DNA of 64,000 bases from Eledone cirrhosa. Its lineage: Eukaryota. Shown here piece by piece: positions 28,356-39,587 of the stretch. Under the pieces are notes generated by a model. It was not told the DNA's origin. It saw only the letters and a list, made by a program, of their open reading frames with translations, and did no database searches. Numbering within the stretch: position 1 is the first letter of the stretch; every line of letters begins with the position of its first letter. A program made the translations under genes and the position numbers. Location of the stretch: assembly GCA_964016885.1 (NCBI GenBank), contig OZ024745.1, positions 77,624,001 to 77,688,000 on the forward strand, given 5' to 3'.

Positions 28356-29047
28356 CACATACACACACTCAAACATACACATATACACATAAACACACAC
28401 ATATGAAAGATTGAAAAGTTATTGAGATTAGATTCCCAGCTTCTTAAATAAGAGTTAACTACAGTATAACCATTTCAATTCCTTGAATGATCTTATTAGT
28501 TATAATATCGTTGTATTTACAAGTAGTTTTCTGTAATTTGACTGAGAGAATATCGTCAAGATCTGAGAAATAATACTTGTAAGATTATTTTCACAAAACA
28601 CTAACTCAACTCGCGAGTGATGGAAGGCTGGAGGCTGAATTAGAGACAAAAATTGCAGGAGCTGGTGCAGTAATACGCCAGCTTCAGTATTCGGTTATTA
28701 GAAGTGAAGTAGGTGTAAAAGCTAAACTCTCTATCTTCAATTATATGTTTCTTCCAACCCTTACCTATCTTGAGTAATGACCAAAAACATACTATTGCGA
28801 ATACAAGCAGCCAAAATGGGGTGACTCCGAAAGATGTTTGGAGTAACGTTAGTTGATAGAGTGCGTAGTTCGGAGATCAGAGAGTCGCTACAGCTAGTGT
28901 CAATATTTAGACTTGGCGGATCTAATCTCCTCTCCAGGTTTGTCTGATAAAACAGATTTCTTCCAGAGAAGGACAGAGAGTGAGAGAAAGAATGTGGGAA
29001 AGAGATATAGTGAAAGAATCGACTCCACTACTAGATTGTTACTGTTT

Positions 29048-29175
29048 ATATCGACCTTGAAAGGATGAAAGGCAAAGTTGACCACGGTGGGATTTGAACT
29101 CAGAAAGTAGAGAGCCGGTACAAATACCGCAAAGCATTCTATCCAACGTTCTGATGACTGCCAATTCACGACCTG
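29048..29175 (-). mobile_element. tRNA-SINE fragment, major family
   Basis: ATCGACCTTGAAAGGATGAAAGGCAAAGTTGACCACGGTGGGATTTGAACTCAG. Confidence 0.8.
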
Positions 29176-29406
29176 ACCACAGCATTAGCAATTCACAATT
29201 CCTTATGAATAACAAATACAAATTTACTTGTTTTTCGAACTATTTTCATATACTGTTTGACTTACAAGCATTTGGTCGAGTCCAGTTTATGATGAAAGCT
29301 AGATAATAATAGATAATAATATGTTATTACTTACCAGCTGGCTACACACACATATATATTATTATTATTATATTATTATATTATTATATTATTATATTAT
29401 TATATC

Positions 29407-29730
29407 AATCCCGCCGAGGTTGACTTTGCCTTTCATCCTTACGGGGTCGATAAAATAAAGTACCAGTAATGCACTGGGTAATTTGCTGGCCTTGTGCCTA
29501 AAGTAGAAACAATTATTATATTTGGGGATATATAGGGCGGTAGATTGGCAGTATCGGTAGAGGGTCGGACGCCATTCTTTGACGCATAGAATTACGGCCC
29601 TTGCTATTCTGAGGTCAAATCCCGCCGAGGTTAACTTTGCCTTTCATCCTTATGGGGTCGATAAAATAAAGTACCAGTAATACACTGGGTTATTGCTGGC
29701 CTTGTGCCAAAAGTAGAAACAATTATTATA
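29407..29730 (+). mobile_element. Two tandem tRNA-SINEs (29407-29520 truncated, 29534-29730 full)
   Basis: Consensus match; AATTATTATATTTGGGGAT duplicated at 29511-29529 and 29721-29739. Confidence 0.9.
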
Positions 29731-29950
29731 TTTGGGGATGGTCATGTTGCCAAAATTGCCAATAGGAAGAAACACACGCATCATATAAATTCCACTTTAT
29801 TTTTATTAATCGCCATTCATCTGTTTATCAAAGTTCTTTCGTCACGAATTCAGGTACGAATGTTTCTTTCTATTGGCAATATTTACAATATGACCATCCC
29901 CAAATATTATAATTTCGCTTTCAAAACACGATTTCACAGAATAAATACAT
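29727..29950. mobile_element. Short fold-back element, same superfamily as 32165-32670 and 57229-58082
   Basis: TATATTTGGGGATGGTCATGTTGCC... / ...ATGACCATCCCCAAATAT arms, tail TTTCAAAACACGATTTCA, and a 3'-half HHR (minus) TCAAAGTTCTTTCGTCAC. Confidence 0.7.
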
Positions 29951-30344
29951 ATATATTATTACATATATTTATATGCAAAAAATAGAGAGAAATAACAAAG
30001 CAAACGACACTGTACGACGAAGAAATATATTAATTTAACATTTGAAATAATAAGAAAAAAGTTTTATGTTTCGGATACTAGTCTTTCATCAGAAGATGGA
30101 ATGAGAAATAAAAGATGAAATAGGAAGATAGAGTGAGAAGAGGAAGGAACGAAAAACAATTGAAAATAAAAAACAAAAACAAACACAAATGCGTTTTCAG
30201 TCAGCCAACGTATGTATGTATATAAATATATATAGATTCTCTGCCTTATAGTTCAGCTTTTATCGTAGGGTAGAGAATTATTATAATAATATTCACATTC
30301 TATTTTTCTCAATTTGAATAGTCTCTTTCTCTTCCACTCTCTTG

Positions 30345-30412
<68 letters not shown>

Positions 30413-30555
30413 GAAGAGAGAGAGAGGGAGAGAGACAGAGTGAGAAGAGAGAGAGAGAGAAAGAGGGGAGAGAGTGTGTAAGAAAGAAAGAGCATATATT
30501 CATTATACACTATCATTCTAAAGGGCCATTAGGTTTATTGTGTAACATTATATTG

Positions 30556-30733
30556 GGAGTATCGGTAGAGGGTCGGACGCCATGCTTTCCAGCATAGTTA
30601 CGTCCCTTTATGATCTGAGTTCAAATCCCGCCGAGGTTGACTTTGCCTTTCATCCTTACGGGGTCGATAAAATAAAGTACCAGTAATGCACTGGGTGATT
30701 GCTGGCCTTGTGCCTAAAGTAGAAACAATTATA
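30556..30733 (+). mobile_element. tRNA-SINE, major family, young
   Basis: Near-identical to the reverse complement of 19400-19570. Confidence 0.9.
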
Positions 30734-31419
30734 TAATGAATAGCCCTATTTTTAATAAAATCACCATATTATTAAACATGACTTTAATTAAATATTAGAC
30801 TTCATAATTTAATAATTACAAATGGAGATGAAGGAAACATGCAAGGAATCTCAAAAATGTTTTCTTTGATCTTATCAACCTATTGTTGTTTGCAGTCTAA
30901 CAAAAGAAATATTTATTTTGTTAGATTCAGTTATTATCTTCAGAATATTTAAATAAAAGATAAAGAAAACAAGAAGGCAATTGCAAGCAACTGATTACGA
31001 ATCACAAGCCCCATTCTAACATATGTAACATAAATATAATGTATACATTAATGTATGAAGGTATTCATACGGAATTATGGTTGCACATACACTCATATTA
31101 CGTATATATAGCAGTTCTGAAGAGCAGTTACACTGACTACCATGCCGTCTCCGATTCAATACTATTCTCTGTTTGCCGTGATCCAGTAATGGATTATTTA
31201 GTTTTCTCAATTTAAACCTGATGACGTCGACAAAAGTCTTGCGTCATGATCTGATGGTGTAACCAGGTAAAAGAAATACGTATTGTAATTTTTGTAACAT
31301 TAAAGGAATATTTGCAATGCGGCCTTCGTTCATTGAAGTATGTATACTACACTAAAGCGCCACGTGTTAAGTTCAATAATAAAACATACGCTTAAGAAGA
31401 GGAAGCAGTCATATGTACA

Positions 31420-31730
31420 GTCTGTAAGGTAAGTCCGCAGATAAACTGCAAAACTAGAAATGTAGTCTATAGGATACGGTGCACATATGGATGATGCAGA
31501 AACCAGGCAACGACATACACAGAAGAGAGATTAAAGGAACACTGGCGAGAACTTAAGGAGGAGAAAACTTAATCAGTGCTATACCAACATGGAGCACGGG
31601 GGCTCAATAGATGAAATAGAAATAAAAATTCTGTCCAAACATAGAACTGATGCAACACCCAGCCAAATTACGCAGATCACACACACAATTAAAGAGAGAC
31701 CAAACCTGAACAGAAAACACGAGTTAAATA
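31420..31730 (+). pseudogene. Degraded Penelope GIY-YIG endonuclease
   Basis: CKVSPQINCKTRNVVYRIRC, ERLKEHWR, IKILSK, IKERPNLNRK, with stops and frameshifts. Confidence 0.7.
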
Positions 31731-32121
31731 TTAACAGTCCGAAACTTAAAGACTAAAGACAGAATAAGGAAAAAAAGATACAAACTGCGAAATATACCCC
31801 CCCCCCCACACACACACACATCAAACGCATATAGACAGGACAAATACAAAAACACACACAGGTGAAAATGCACGCGCAAACGCATGCGCAGACACGATTC
31901 ACGAAAACCGCACCACAAAACAGAAGACAAAATTGAGCACATACTTACATATTTAACATGTAAGTATGTAATAATAATAATATATATCTTAATTAATTAT
32001 TAACACGATTATATGCAAATTTGTACGACTATTTCAGAATAACACTAAGAGTGAATGGTTGTTTGGATGATATATACATTGATGCAGAATCTGTTACCCA
32101 CTCTGTATTTATACAGATATA

Positions 32122-32164
<43 letters not shown>

Positions 32165-32172
<8 letters not shown>

Positions 32173-32670
32173 ATACTTTGGGAGGGTCATGTTGCCAATA
32201 AGAAACACATGCACCAGTTGCTTTCACTTCAATTTATTATAATAAATTTATAAATTTAGGAATTTATAAATTTCCGGTTGGTTGGTTCCACAACCAGATG
32301 ATTGTTTATATATTGTCAAAGTTCTTTCGTCACACATTCTGTGACCTCTTCAGTGACTGGGGATTCTTTTCTTTGTTTTTGTGCCTCTCCTTTGTTCTGT
32401 CCTACGCCATCTTGTTGAAACAAGTCACTGAAGAAGTCACAGAATGTGTGACGAAAGAACTTTGACAATATATAAACAATCATCTGGTTGTGGAACCAAC
32501 CAACCGGAAATTTTTAAATTCCTAAATTTATAAATTTATTATACTAAATTGAAGTGAAAGCAACTGGTGCGTGTGTTTCTTATTGGCAACATGACCCTCC
32601 CAAAGTATAACAATATCGGTTTCAACACACGTTTTCAGATAAAGAATCTTGCTAAACAAATTCAGAAACG
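32165..32670. mobile_element. Fold-back element: ~190-bp near-perfect arms, each with a hammerhead, ~65-bp spacer and ~54-bp tail, in (TA)n
   Basis: Arms 32165-32357 and 32424-32616; HHR GTCA-CTGAAGA-(G/A)-GTCAC..GTGAC-GAAA-GAAC-TT-TGAC at 32424-32466 (+) and 32315-32357 (-). Confidence 0.85.
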
Positions 32671-32680
32671 ATATATATAT

Positions 32681-33071
32681 ATACGATATTAATAAATGGA
32701 AACTATATTTATAAAACCATATTTATTTCATTATACATATTTCAGGGATACCAAATTAAATTATGGTATGCCTTCATCAGACAAAATACAATATATAACA
32801 GTTTTACAAATAAGCTTTGACGTACCCTATTAAAATGCAACCATTGTTTTTCGAAGTCATCCGGATAGTCTATATTGTATTTTGTCTGATGAAGGCATAC
32901 CATAATTTAATTTGGTATCCCTGAAATATGTATAATGAAATAAATATGGTTTTATAAATATAGTTTCCATTTGTTAATATCGTATATCTACTCCAAATAC
33001 TTGTCGAGTGCTTTATATCAGTTATAAAAATATTTACTTGTTGTATCCCAACAATTTTGAATAGAAACTTT

Positions 33072-33075
<4 letters not shown>
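32681..33075. mobile_element. Fold-back element: ~115-bp arms with hammerheads and a ~90-bp tail, in (TA)n
   Basis: Arms 32681-32795 and 32871-32985; HHR TATTTTGT-CTGATGA-AGG(C)ATACCA..TGGTAT(C)CCT-GAAA-TATGTA-TA-ATGAAATA at 32878-32942. Confidence 0.85.
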
Positions 33076-33156
<81 letters not shown>

Positions 33157-33453
33157 CGTGGAAAGTCATATAAGGCTAAACAATCCGAAATGGACGTTAA
33201 GATGAAGGTAACGAAAAAGTTAGTCACCTGGTCACCTTTGTTTAATTGTTTTTGTTGGTGTTGTTTCTTTCGTTCTAGCCTTATATCACTTTCTACACTA
33301 TATATTATATACAATGCTTCAAGCAAACTACAACACACACACACATATATGTGTATACTCTCTCTATATATATATATATGTGTGTGTGTGTCTGTGTCTG
33401 TGTGTGTGTATGTATGTGCGTGCGCATATATATATATATATATATATACATAT

Positions 33454-33645
33454 ATAGGAAAAAGTATGACCCCGACGGCAGAGCTCAAGTCGTTTCGACG
33501 GCTATTTCAGTCCAGAAATAGCCATCGAAACGGCTTGAGCTCTGCCGTCGGGGTCATAGTTTTTCCTATTACCCACTCTACTACCCTAAGTATTGAGTAC
33601 TCTGGTGCGTTATGGTCCATTTGGTTCCTCACCACAATTCCTTTG

Positions 33646-33647
<2 letters not shown>
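33454..33647. mobile_element. Fold-back element: ~55-bp arms plus a ~78-bp tail, carrying only the 3' half of a hammerhead
   Basis: GAAACGGC-TTGAGCTCT-GCCGTC-GGGG; family also at 44585-44722, 61650-61787, 63091-63150 and (diverged) 9557-9600. Confidence 0.8.
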
Positions 33648-33679
<32 letters not shown>

Positions 33680-33797
33680 GGTGAGTTTTATTGTAGTACA
33701 ATAAAGCAATGCAGTTATCGGATAAGAAGCACTCTACAGTTTGTAGGACTGGAGTATACATAATATAAGATCAAAAGATGGTTAAAGGAGTTCCATG

Positions 33798-33868
33798 TAT
33801 TTTATTATGCGCATTTCAAAAACAAACATCATCATGTAATAATATTTGTGTTTTCATCAGATAAAACA
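33798..33868 (-). ncRNA. Type I hammerhead in the PLE 3' repeat
   Basis: Reverse complement of the motif at 42446-42516. Confidence 0.85.
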
Positions 33869-34897
33869 GGAGAACATGATATGAAGGCTAAAAAACACTT
33901 GTGGATAGTGCAGTTTTAAATCAACATATGAAAAGTGGTTTTAGATTGATGTGTGATATTGGGAAAAATATTTTATTTAGAGAGGGGGGGGGGTGGAAAG
34001 GATGAAAAAGGAAAGGAGATGAGAGGGAGAGATGGGTGATAGAGAGAAAGAGATAGTTTTTATAACTGAGAGGAGATATATTGTTTTACATAGAGAGGTT
34101 GAAAACCGTTGGAAGATAATGTATAAATTAAAAAAATTTTGAAAATTAACGAAGGGAGGATATGTGCGAGGAAAAAATATTTTATTTAGGGGGGGTGGGG
34201 ATGGAAAGGATGAAAAAAGGGGGAGGAGATGAGAGTGAAGGTGGAGAGGGAGAGATGGGTGATAGAGAGAAAGAGATAGTTTTTATAACTGAGAAAAAGA
34301 TATATAGTTTTACATAGAGAGGTTGGGAACCGTTGGAAGATAATGTATAAATTAAAGGAATTTGAAAATTAACGAAGGGAATTTATGTATGAAGATAGAG
34401 AGAAAAAATAATAATTGTGGATGAATATTCTAACGTCAAAAAAAGAAATGTATGTTGATAAGATATTGTGGCAATTTCAAAATTAACGAAGAGAAAAATT
34501 ATTAAGGTTTGTGTGTAGAAGGATTTGAGAAAAATAATGTGGAGTTAAAGTTTGTATATTGAAGGAATTGATAATATATGCGAATAAAGAGTTAATATGT
34601 ATTAATAATGAGTTCGTTGATGGGGAGAAAAAAATAATAAATTAAGGATGAAATTGAGATTAAAAAGATTTATGATAGAGAGAAAAAATAATAATGATTG
34701 CGGATGAATATTCTAACGTCAAAACAACAAATGTATATGTTATGATTTTACAAGGTGGAGATAGAATGAGGGTAATGAGTAAACAAGTATTATAGAGTGT
34801 ATAATGCCCTTTAAAGTAAGGTAGATGGGTATATTTTAAAGAGGTGTATGTATATGTGCCTTTGAGAAAAGATTCTAAATTGATAAAGAATTGAATA

Positions 34898-37360
34898 TTA
34901 ACTGTATACTTTGTGAAAAGTTCTATGGAATTTATGCAGGCAGATAGAAAACAAATCTGTACGTCTATTTATTATAGAATCTAGGTTAGAGATAATGGTA
35001 AATTTTTCATTTAGGCAGAGATTACAGATTTTAGATAGAGAGCTGTTCAAGTATGAGGATGCAGAAGAAATCTTCTCCCAAAAGATGGTATATTTAATGT
35101 TTTTGTCTTTTAAGGACCATATGAGTTCTGAGAGAGCAGTGTTGGTTCTTTTAAGTTTGTATTTGAAAGATGAATGATGATTATAGAGACGAGCTTTAAA
35201 AGAGGTGGAAGTGGAGCCAAAATAGGTGAAGGAATTGGTGCTAGTTATAATTTTACATTCATAAATTAAGTTTTTATCGAGACAATGGTTGTTGAGAGGA
35301 CATTTATTTTTAATGCGGCAGTTGCAATTAGAGAGATTATTAATGAGTGATCTAGTGTTATCTATAGAAGGAATTGGATTGGAGAAGTTGTTTGCGATAG
35401 GAATAATAGGAATAATAGTTTTGTGATTTAGAGTTGGATTATGAACATTTAGCGAAGTTGTGTTTGACGTTGTATTTGGGTTTACAGAAGTTAGCCTAGG
35501 GTTTACAATGACGTCGGGAGTACTATTACTGTTATTATGAAATTCAATATTGGAAGGAAGAGATTTAGTATTTAGTATTTTATTGTTGTGTTTAGAGATG
35601 ATGTTGGAAACATTGGAGGATGTAGAATACGAAAATTTGATGGTGTGTTTGTTAAATATTTTACTATAGATATGTGAGGGAGGGAAGCATTTATTTAAGG
35701 CACTAAAAAATAATTTAGGAATATTGTTATTAATAGAGATGGAGAAAGGAGCATTATACCAGATTATGTTTTTGTATCTAGGTCTTTTATTAAAATTATT
35801 GGAATGGTCATGATTAATTATTCTACTGTAAGTTTTTCTAGAATTTGTTTCTTTACTATATTTGATTTTATCTGGATAGCCGGCTTTAGAAAGTGCGTTA
35901 TTATAGTAATTGGCGTTAGCATCAAAGATGTTTTTATTAGAAGATATGTTAGATATTCTTTTTCCAATATTATTAACTATAGCATTCTTGATATTGGTAG
36001 GATGGTTAGATTTAAAGTTAACATAATTTAGGTTCTCATTGTTTTTATGGTAAGGGTAATATAGGCCAGTGTCAAGATTAAGAGATACATCCAAGAAATT
36101 AGCTAGTTTGATACTATTATCAAATTCAATTTTTAGGTTATGTTGGTTAAAGAGATTACGTATATTGTTCTTAATAATATTAAGGTTAACTATATTGCAA
36201 TTTAGGATAGTAAAGAGTCCATCGTCACGATAAATTCCACCGCGAAGTTGAGGAATTTTCCGACTCAAAGAGTTCAAAATGAAGATACCAATTAAATCAG
36301 TCAATTGGGATGAATCGGATGCTCCCATTGTGATGTCGAAGTTGTTAGAGGTATCGGCTCTGGTCCAATATTCGTTGTTGAACTCTAGGATGGTTTTACG
36401 TGCGGTGAGGATGATGTGAAGTTCATCTGTGGTGATGTCAGAATATTTAAGTGCGAAAGATAGAGCATTATTGAGAAGTGAAGGCGAAATGGAGGAATAG
36501 TAGCTGGCAATATAAAATTGAATAAATTTTAGTTTGTTTTTATTATCCAATTTGTTGAACCAGCCAATCACTTCAGAAGTACCAAACCATAAATTTAGGT
36601 TCAAAGAAGAGCAATTAGAACTAACCTGTGGGATAATTCTATCCAAGATGGCTTTACTAACAACCCCCAGATCAGATTTAGAGGGGGCGATTAATCTAAC
36701 AGGTAGTTCAGTGCGAAAATTGTTTTTGTGATCCTTGAGATTTACCCTCGGAATTCTTGGGAGGAATGGTTCGGTCTTTTTTTCAATGCCAAGTTTTGAC
36801 CTAATCTCATAGGCTTCAAGGTTTATGCATTCTAAATTTTCATGGTTGGTTTTACGATACTTTTTCCTAAGTTCCTTTAGGATAAGGTTGTTATAATTAT
36901 CCTTGGAAATACCATATAAGTTATTGGTTTTGTCAGAGTGGACTAAAACATTTTTTGAGGAATTTAGGTTAGAGATTGTGTTCTTGAGATTTACAAGGTG
37001 CTCTTGTCCTTTGTAAGGGTATCTCTTGAATTTAAGATTTTTTATTAATTTAGTTAATTCTTCCTCGAATTGTACTAGATTTTTGTTGGAGGGAGGATTT
37101 CGTCTAGAATTAAAAAGATGATCGAGGAAGTTATGTTCTTTGGTATGAAAGTTCCCTTTTAGGCGCTGGTCATAGAAATAGGCTGTCCATCTAAGTCTTC
37201 TTACGAAGGAGTCAGTTTTTTCAATAAGAAGTTTGGTGAATTCAGATTTACCAGGTATAGGAATGACTTTAGTTGAATTGGTTATGTTGTAATAATCCAT
37301 GTTGTAGAAGAAGAGGTGAAGGACCATCAAAAGGTATCCAATATGAGAGTAAGCGCTCAA
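34898..37360 (-). CDS. Penelope-like RT + GIY-YIG endonuclease polyprotein (820 codons from TTG; first ATGs at 37327 and 37300)
   Basis: SDKTN, KDHK..P.RLI, FDITMGA, YRDDG, FLDV, YHK, HP..IK, CNC..CPL..C, LIYECK..YFG.T...FK.R..NH, CNLCLNEK. Confidence 0.95.
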   Translation of the reverse strand: MSAYSHIGYLLMVLHLFFYNMDYYNITNSTKVIPIPGKSEFTKLLIEKTDSFVRRLRWTAYFYDQRLKGNFHTKEHNFLDHLFNSRRNPPSNKNLVQFEEELTKLIKNLKFKRYPYKGQEHLVNLKNTISNLNSSKNVLVHSDKTNNLYGISKDNYNNLILKELRKKYRKTNHENLECINLEAYEIRSKLGIEKKTEPFLPRIPRVNLKDHKNNFRTELPVRLIAPSKSDLGVVSKAILDRIIPQVSSNCSSLNLNLWFGTSEVIGWFNKLDNKNKLKFIQFYIASYYSSISPSLLNNALSFALKYSDITTDELHIILTARKTILEFNNEYWTRADTSNNFDITMGASDSSQLTDLIGIFILNSLSRKIPQLRGGIYRDDGLFTILNCNIVNLNIIKNNIRNLFNQHNLKIEFDNSIKLANFLDVSLNLDTGLYYPYHKNNENLNYVNFKSNHPTNIKNAIVNNIGKRISNISSNKNIFDANANYYNNALSKAGYPDKIKYSKETNSRKTYSRIINHDHSNNFNKRPRYKNIIWYNAPFSISINNNIPKLFFSALNKCFPPSHIYSKIFNKHTIKFSYSTSSNVSNIISKHNNKILNTKSLPSNIEFHNNSNSTPDVIVNPRLTSVNPNTTSNTTSLNVHNPTLNHKTIIPIIPIANNFSNPIPSIDNTRSLINNLSNCNCRIKNKCPLNNHCLDKNLIYECKIITSTNSFTYFGSTSTSFKARLYNHHSSFKYKLKRTNTALSELIWSLKDKNIKYTIFWEKISSASSYLNSSLSKICNLCLNEKFTIISNLDSIINRRTDLFSICLHKFHRTFHKVYS

Positions 37361-37504
37361 CCGTTAAGGAGCAAGTTAATGTAGGAGGTGAGTTTTATTG
37401 TAGTACAATAAAGCAATGCAGATATCGGATAAGAAGCACTCTACAGTTTGTAGGACTGGAGTATACATAATATAAGATCAAAAGATGGTTAAAGGAGTTC
37501 CATG

Positions 37505-37575
37505 TATTTTATTATGCGCATTTCAAAAACAAACATCATCATGTAATAATATTTGTGTTTTCATCAGATAAAACA
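37505..37575 (-). ncRNA. Type I hammerhead in the tandem PLE unit (upstream pLTR of the full ORF)
   Basis: Same motif as 33798-33868, offset by 3707 bp. Confidence 0.85.
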
Positions 37576-38607
37576 GGAGAACATGATATGAAGGCTAAAA
37601 AACACTTGTGGATAGTGCAGTTTTAAATCAACATATGAAAAGTGGTTTTAGATTGATGTGTGATATTGGGAAAAATATTTTATTTAGAGAGGGGGGGGGT
37701 GGTGGAAAGGATGAAAAAGGAAAGGAGATGAGAGGGAGAGATGGGTGATAGAGAGAAAGAGATAGTTTTTATAACTGAGAGGAGATATATTGTTTTACAT
37801 AGAGAGGTTGAAAACCGTTGGAAGATAATGTATAAATTAAAAAAATTTTGAAAATTAACGAAGGGAGGATATGTGCGAGGAAAAAATATTTTATTTAGGG
37901 GGGGTGGGGATGGAAAGGATGAAAAAAGGGGGAGGAGATGAGAGTGAAGGTGGAGAGGGAGAGATGGGTGATAGAGAGAAAGAGATAGTTTTTATAACTG
38001 AGAAAAAGATATATAGTTTTACATAGAGAGGTTGGGAACCGTTGGAAGATAATGTATAAATTAAAGGAATTTGAAAATTAACGAAGGGGATTTATGTATG
38101 AAGATAGAGAGAAAAAATAATAATTGTGGATGAATATTCTAACGTCAAAAAAAAGAAATGTATGTTGATAAGATATTGTGGCAATTTCAAAATTAACGAA
38201 GAGAAAAATTATTAAGGTTTGTGTGTAGAAGGATTTGAGAAAAATAATGTGGAGTTAAAGTTTGTATATTGAAGGAATTGATAATATATGCGAATAAAGA
38301 GTTAATATGTATTAATAATGAGTTCGTTGATGGGGAGAAAAAAATAATAAATTAAGGATGAAATTGAGATTAAAAAGATTTATGATAGAGAGAAAAAATA
38401 ATAATGATTGCGGATGAATATTCTAACGTCAAAACAACAAATGTATATGTTATGATTTTACAAGGTGGAGATAGAATGAGGGTAATGAGTAAACAAGTAT
38501 TATAGAGTGTATAATGCCCTTTAAAGTAAGGTAGATGGGTATATTTTAAAGAGGTGTATGTATATGTGCCTTTGAGAAAAGATTCTAAATTGATAAAGAA
38601 TTGAATA

Positions 38608-39587
38608 TTAACTGTATACTTTGTGAAAAGTTCTATGGAATTTATGCAGGCAGATAGAAAACAAATCTGTACGTCTATTTATTATAGAATCTAGGTTAGA
38701 GATAATGGTAAATTTTTCATTTAGGCAGAGATTACAGATTTTAGATAGAGAGCTGTTCAAGTATGAGGATGCAGAAGAAATCTTCTCCCAAAAGATGGTA
38801 TATTTAATGTTTTTGTCTTTTAAGGACCATATGAGTTCTGAGAGAGCAGTGTTGGTTCTTTTAAGTTTGTATTTGAAAGATGAATGATGATTATAGAGAC
38901 GAACTTTAAAAGAGGTGGAAGTGGAGCCAAAGTAGGTGAAGGAATTGGTGCTAGTTATAATTTTACATTCATAAATTAAGTTTTTATCGAGACAATGGTT
39001 GTTGAGAGGACATTTATTTTTAATGCGGCAGTTGCAATTAGAGAGATTATTAATGAGTGATCTAGTGTTATCTATAGAAGGAATTGGATTGGAGAAGTTG
39101 TTTGCGATAGGAATAATAGGAATAATAGTTTCTTGATTTAGAGTTGGATTATGAACATTTAGCGAAGTTGTGTTTGACGTTGTATTTGGGTTTACAGAAG
39201 TTAGCCTAGGGTTTACAATGACGTCGGGAGTACTATTACTGTTATTATGAACTTCAATATTGGAAGGAAGAGATTTAGTATTTAGTATTTTATTGTTGTG
39301 TTTAGAGATGATGTTGGAAACATTGGAGGATGTAGAATACGAAAATTTGATGGTGTGTTTGTTAAATATTTTACTATAGATATGTGAGGGAGGGAAGCAT
39401 TTATTTAAGGCACTAAAAAATAATTTAGGAATATTGTTATTAATAGAGATGGAGAAAGGAGCATTATACCAGATTATGTTTTTGTATCTAGGTCTTTTAT
39501 TAAAATTATTGGAATGGTCATGATTTATTATTCTACTGTAAGTTTTTCTAGAATTTGTTTCTTTACTATATTTGATTTTATCTGGAT
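38608..39587 (-). pseudogene. 3' part of the Penelope ORF (linker + GIY-YIG) in the partial tandem unit
   Basis: Near-identical to 34898-35877. Confidence 0.9.

Noticed and set aside
31218-31260. CTGATGA followed by a hairpin
   Set aside because: No GAAA core or stems I/III follow.
34995-37470. Small plus-strand ORFs (60-75 aa) repeated in the Penelope units
   Set aside because: Antisense shadows of the RT ORF; repeated only because the element is duplicated.
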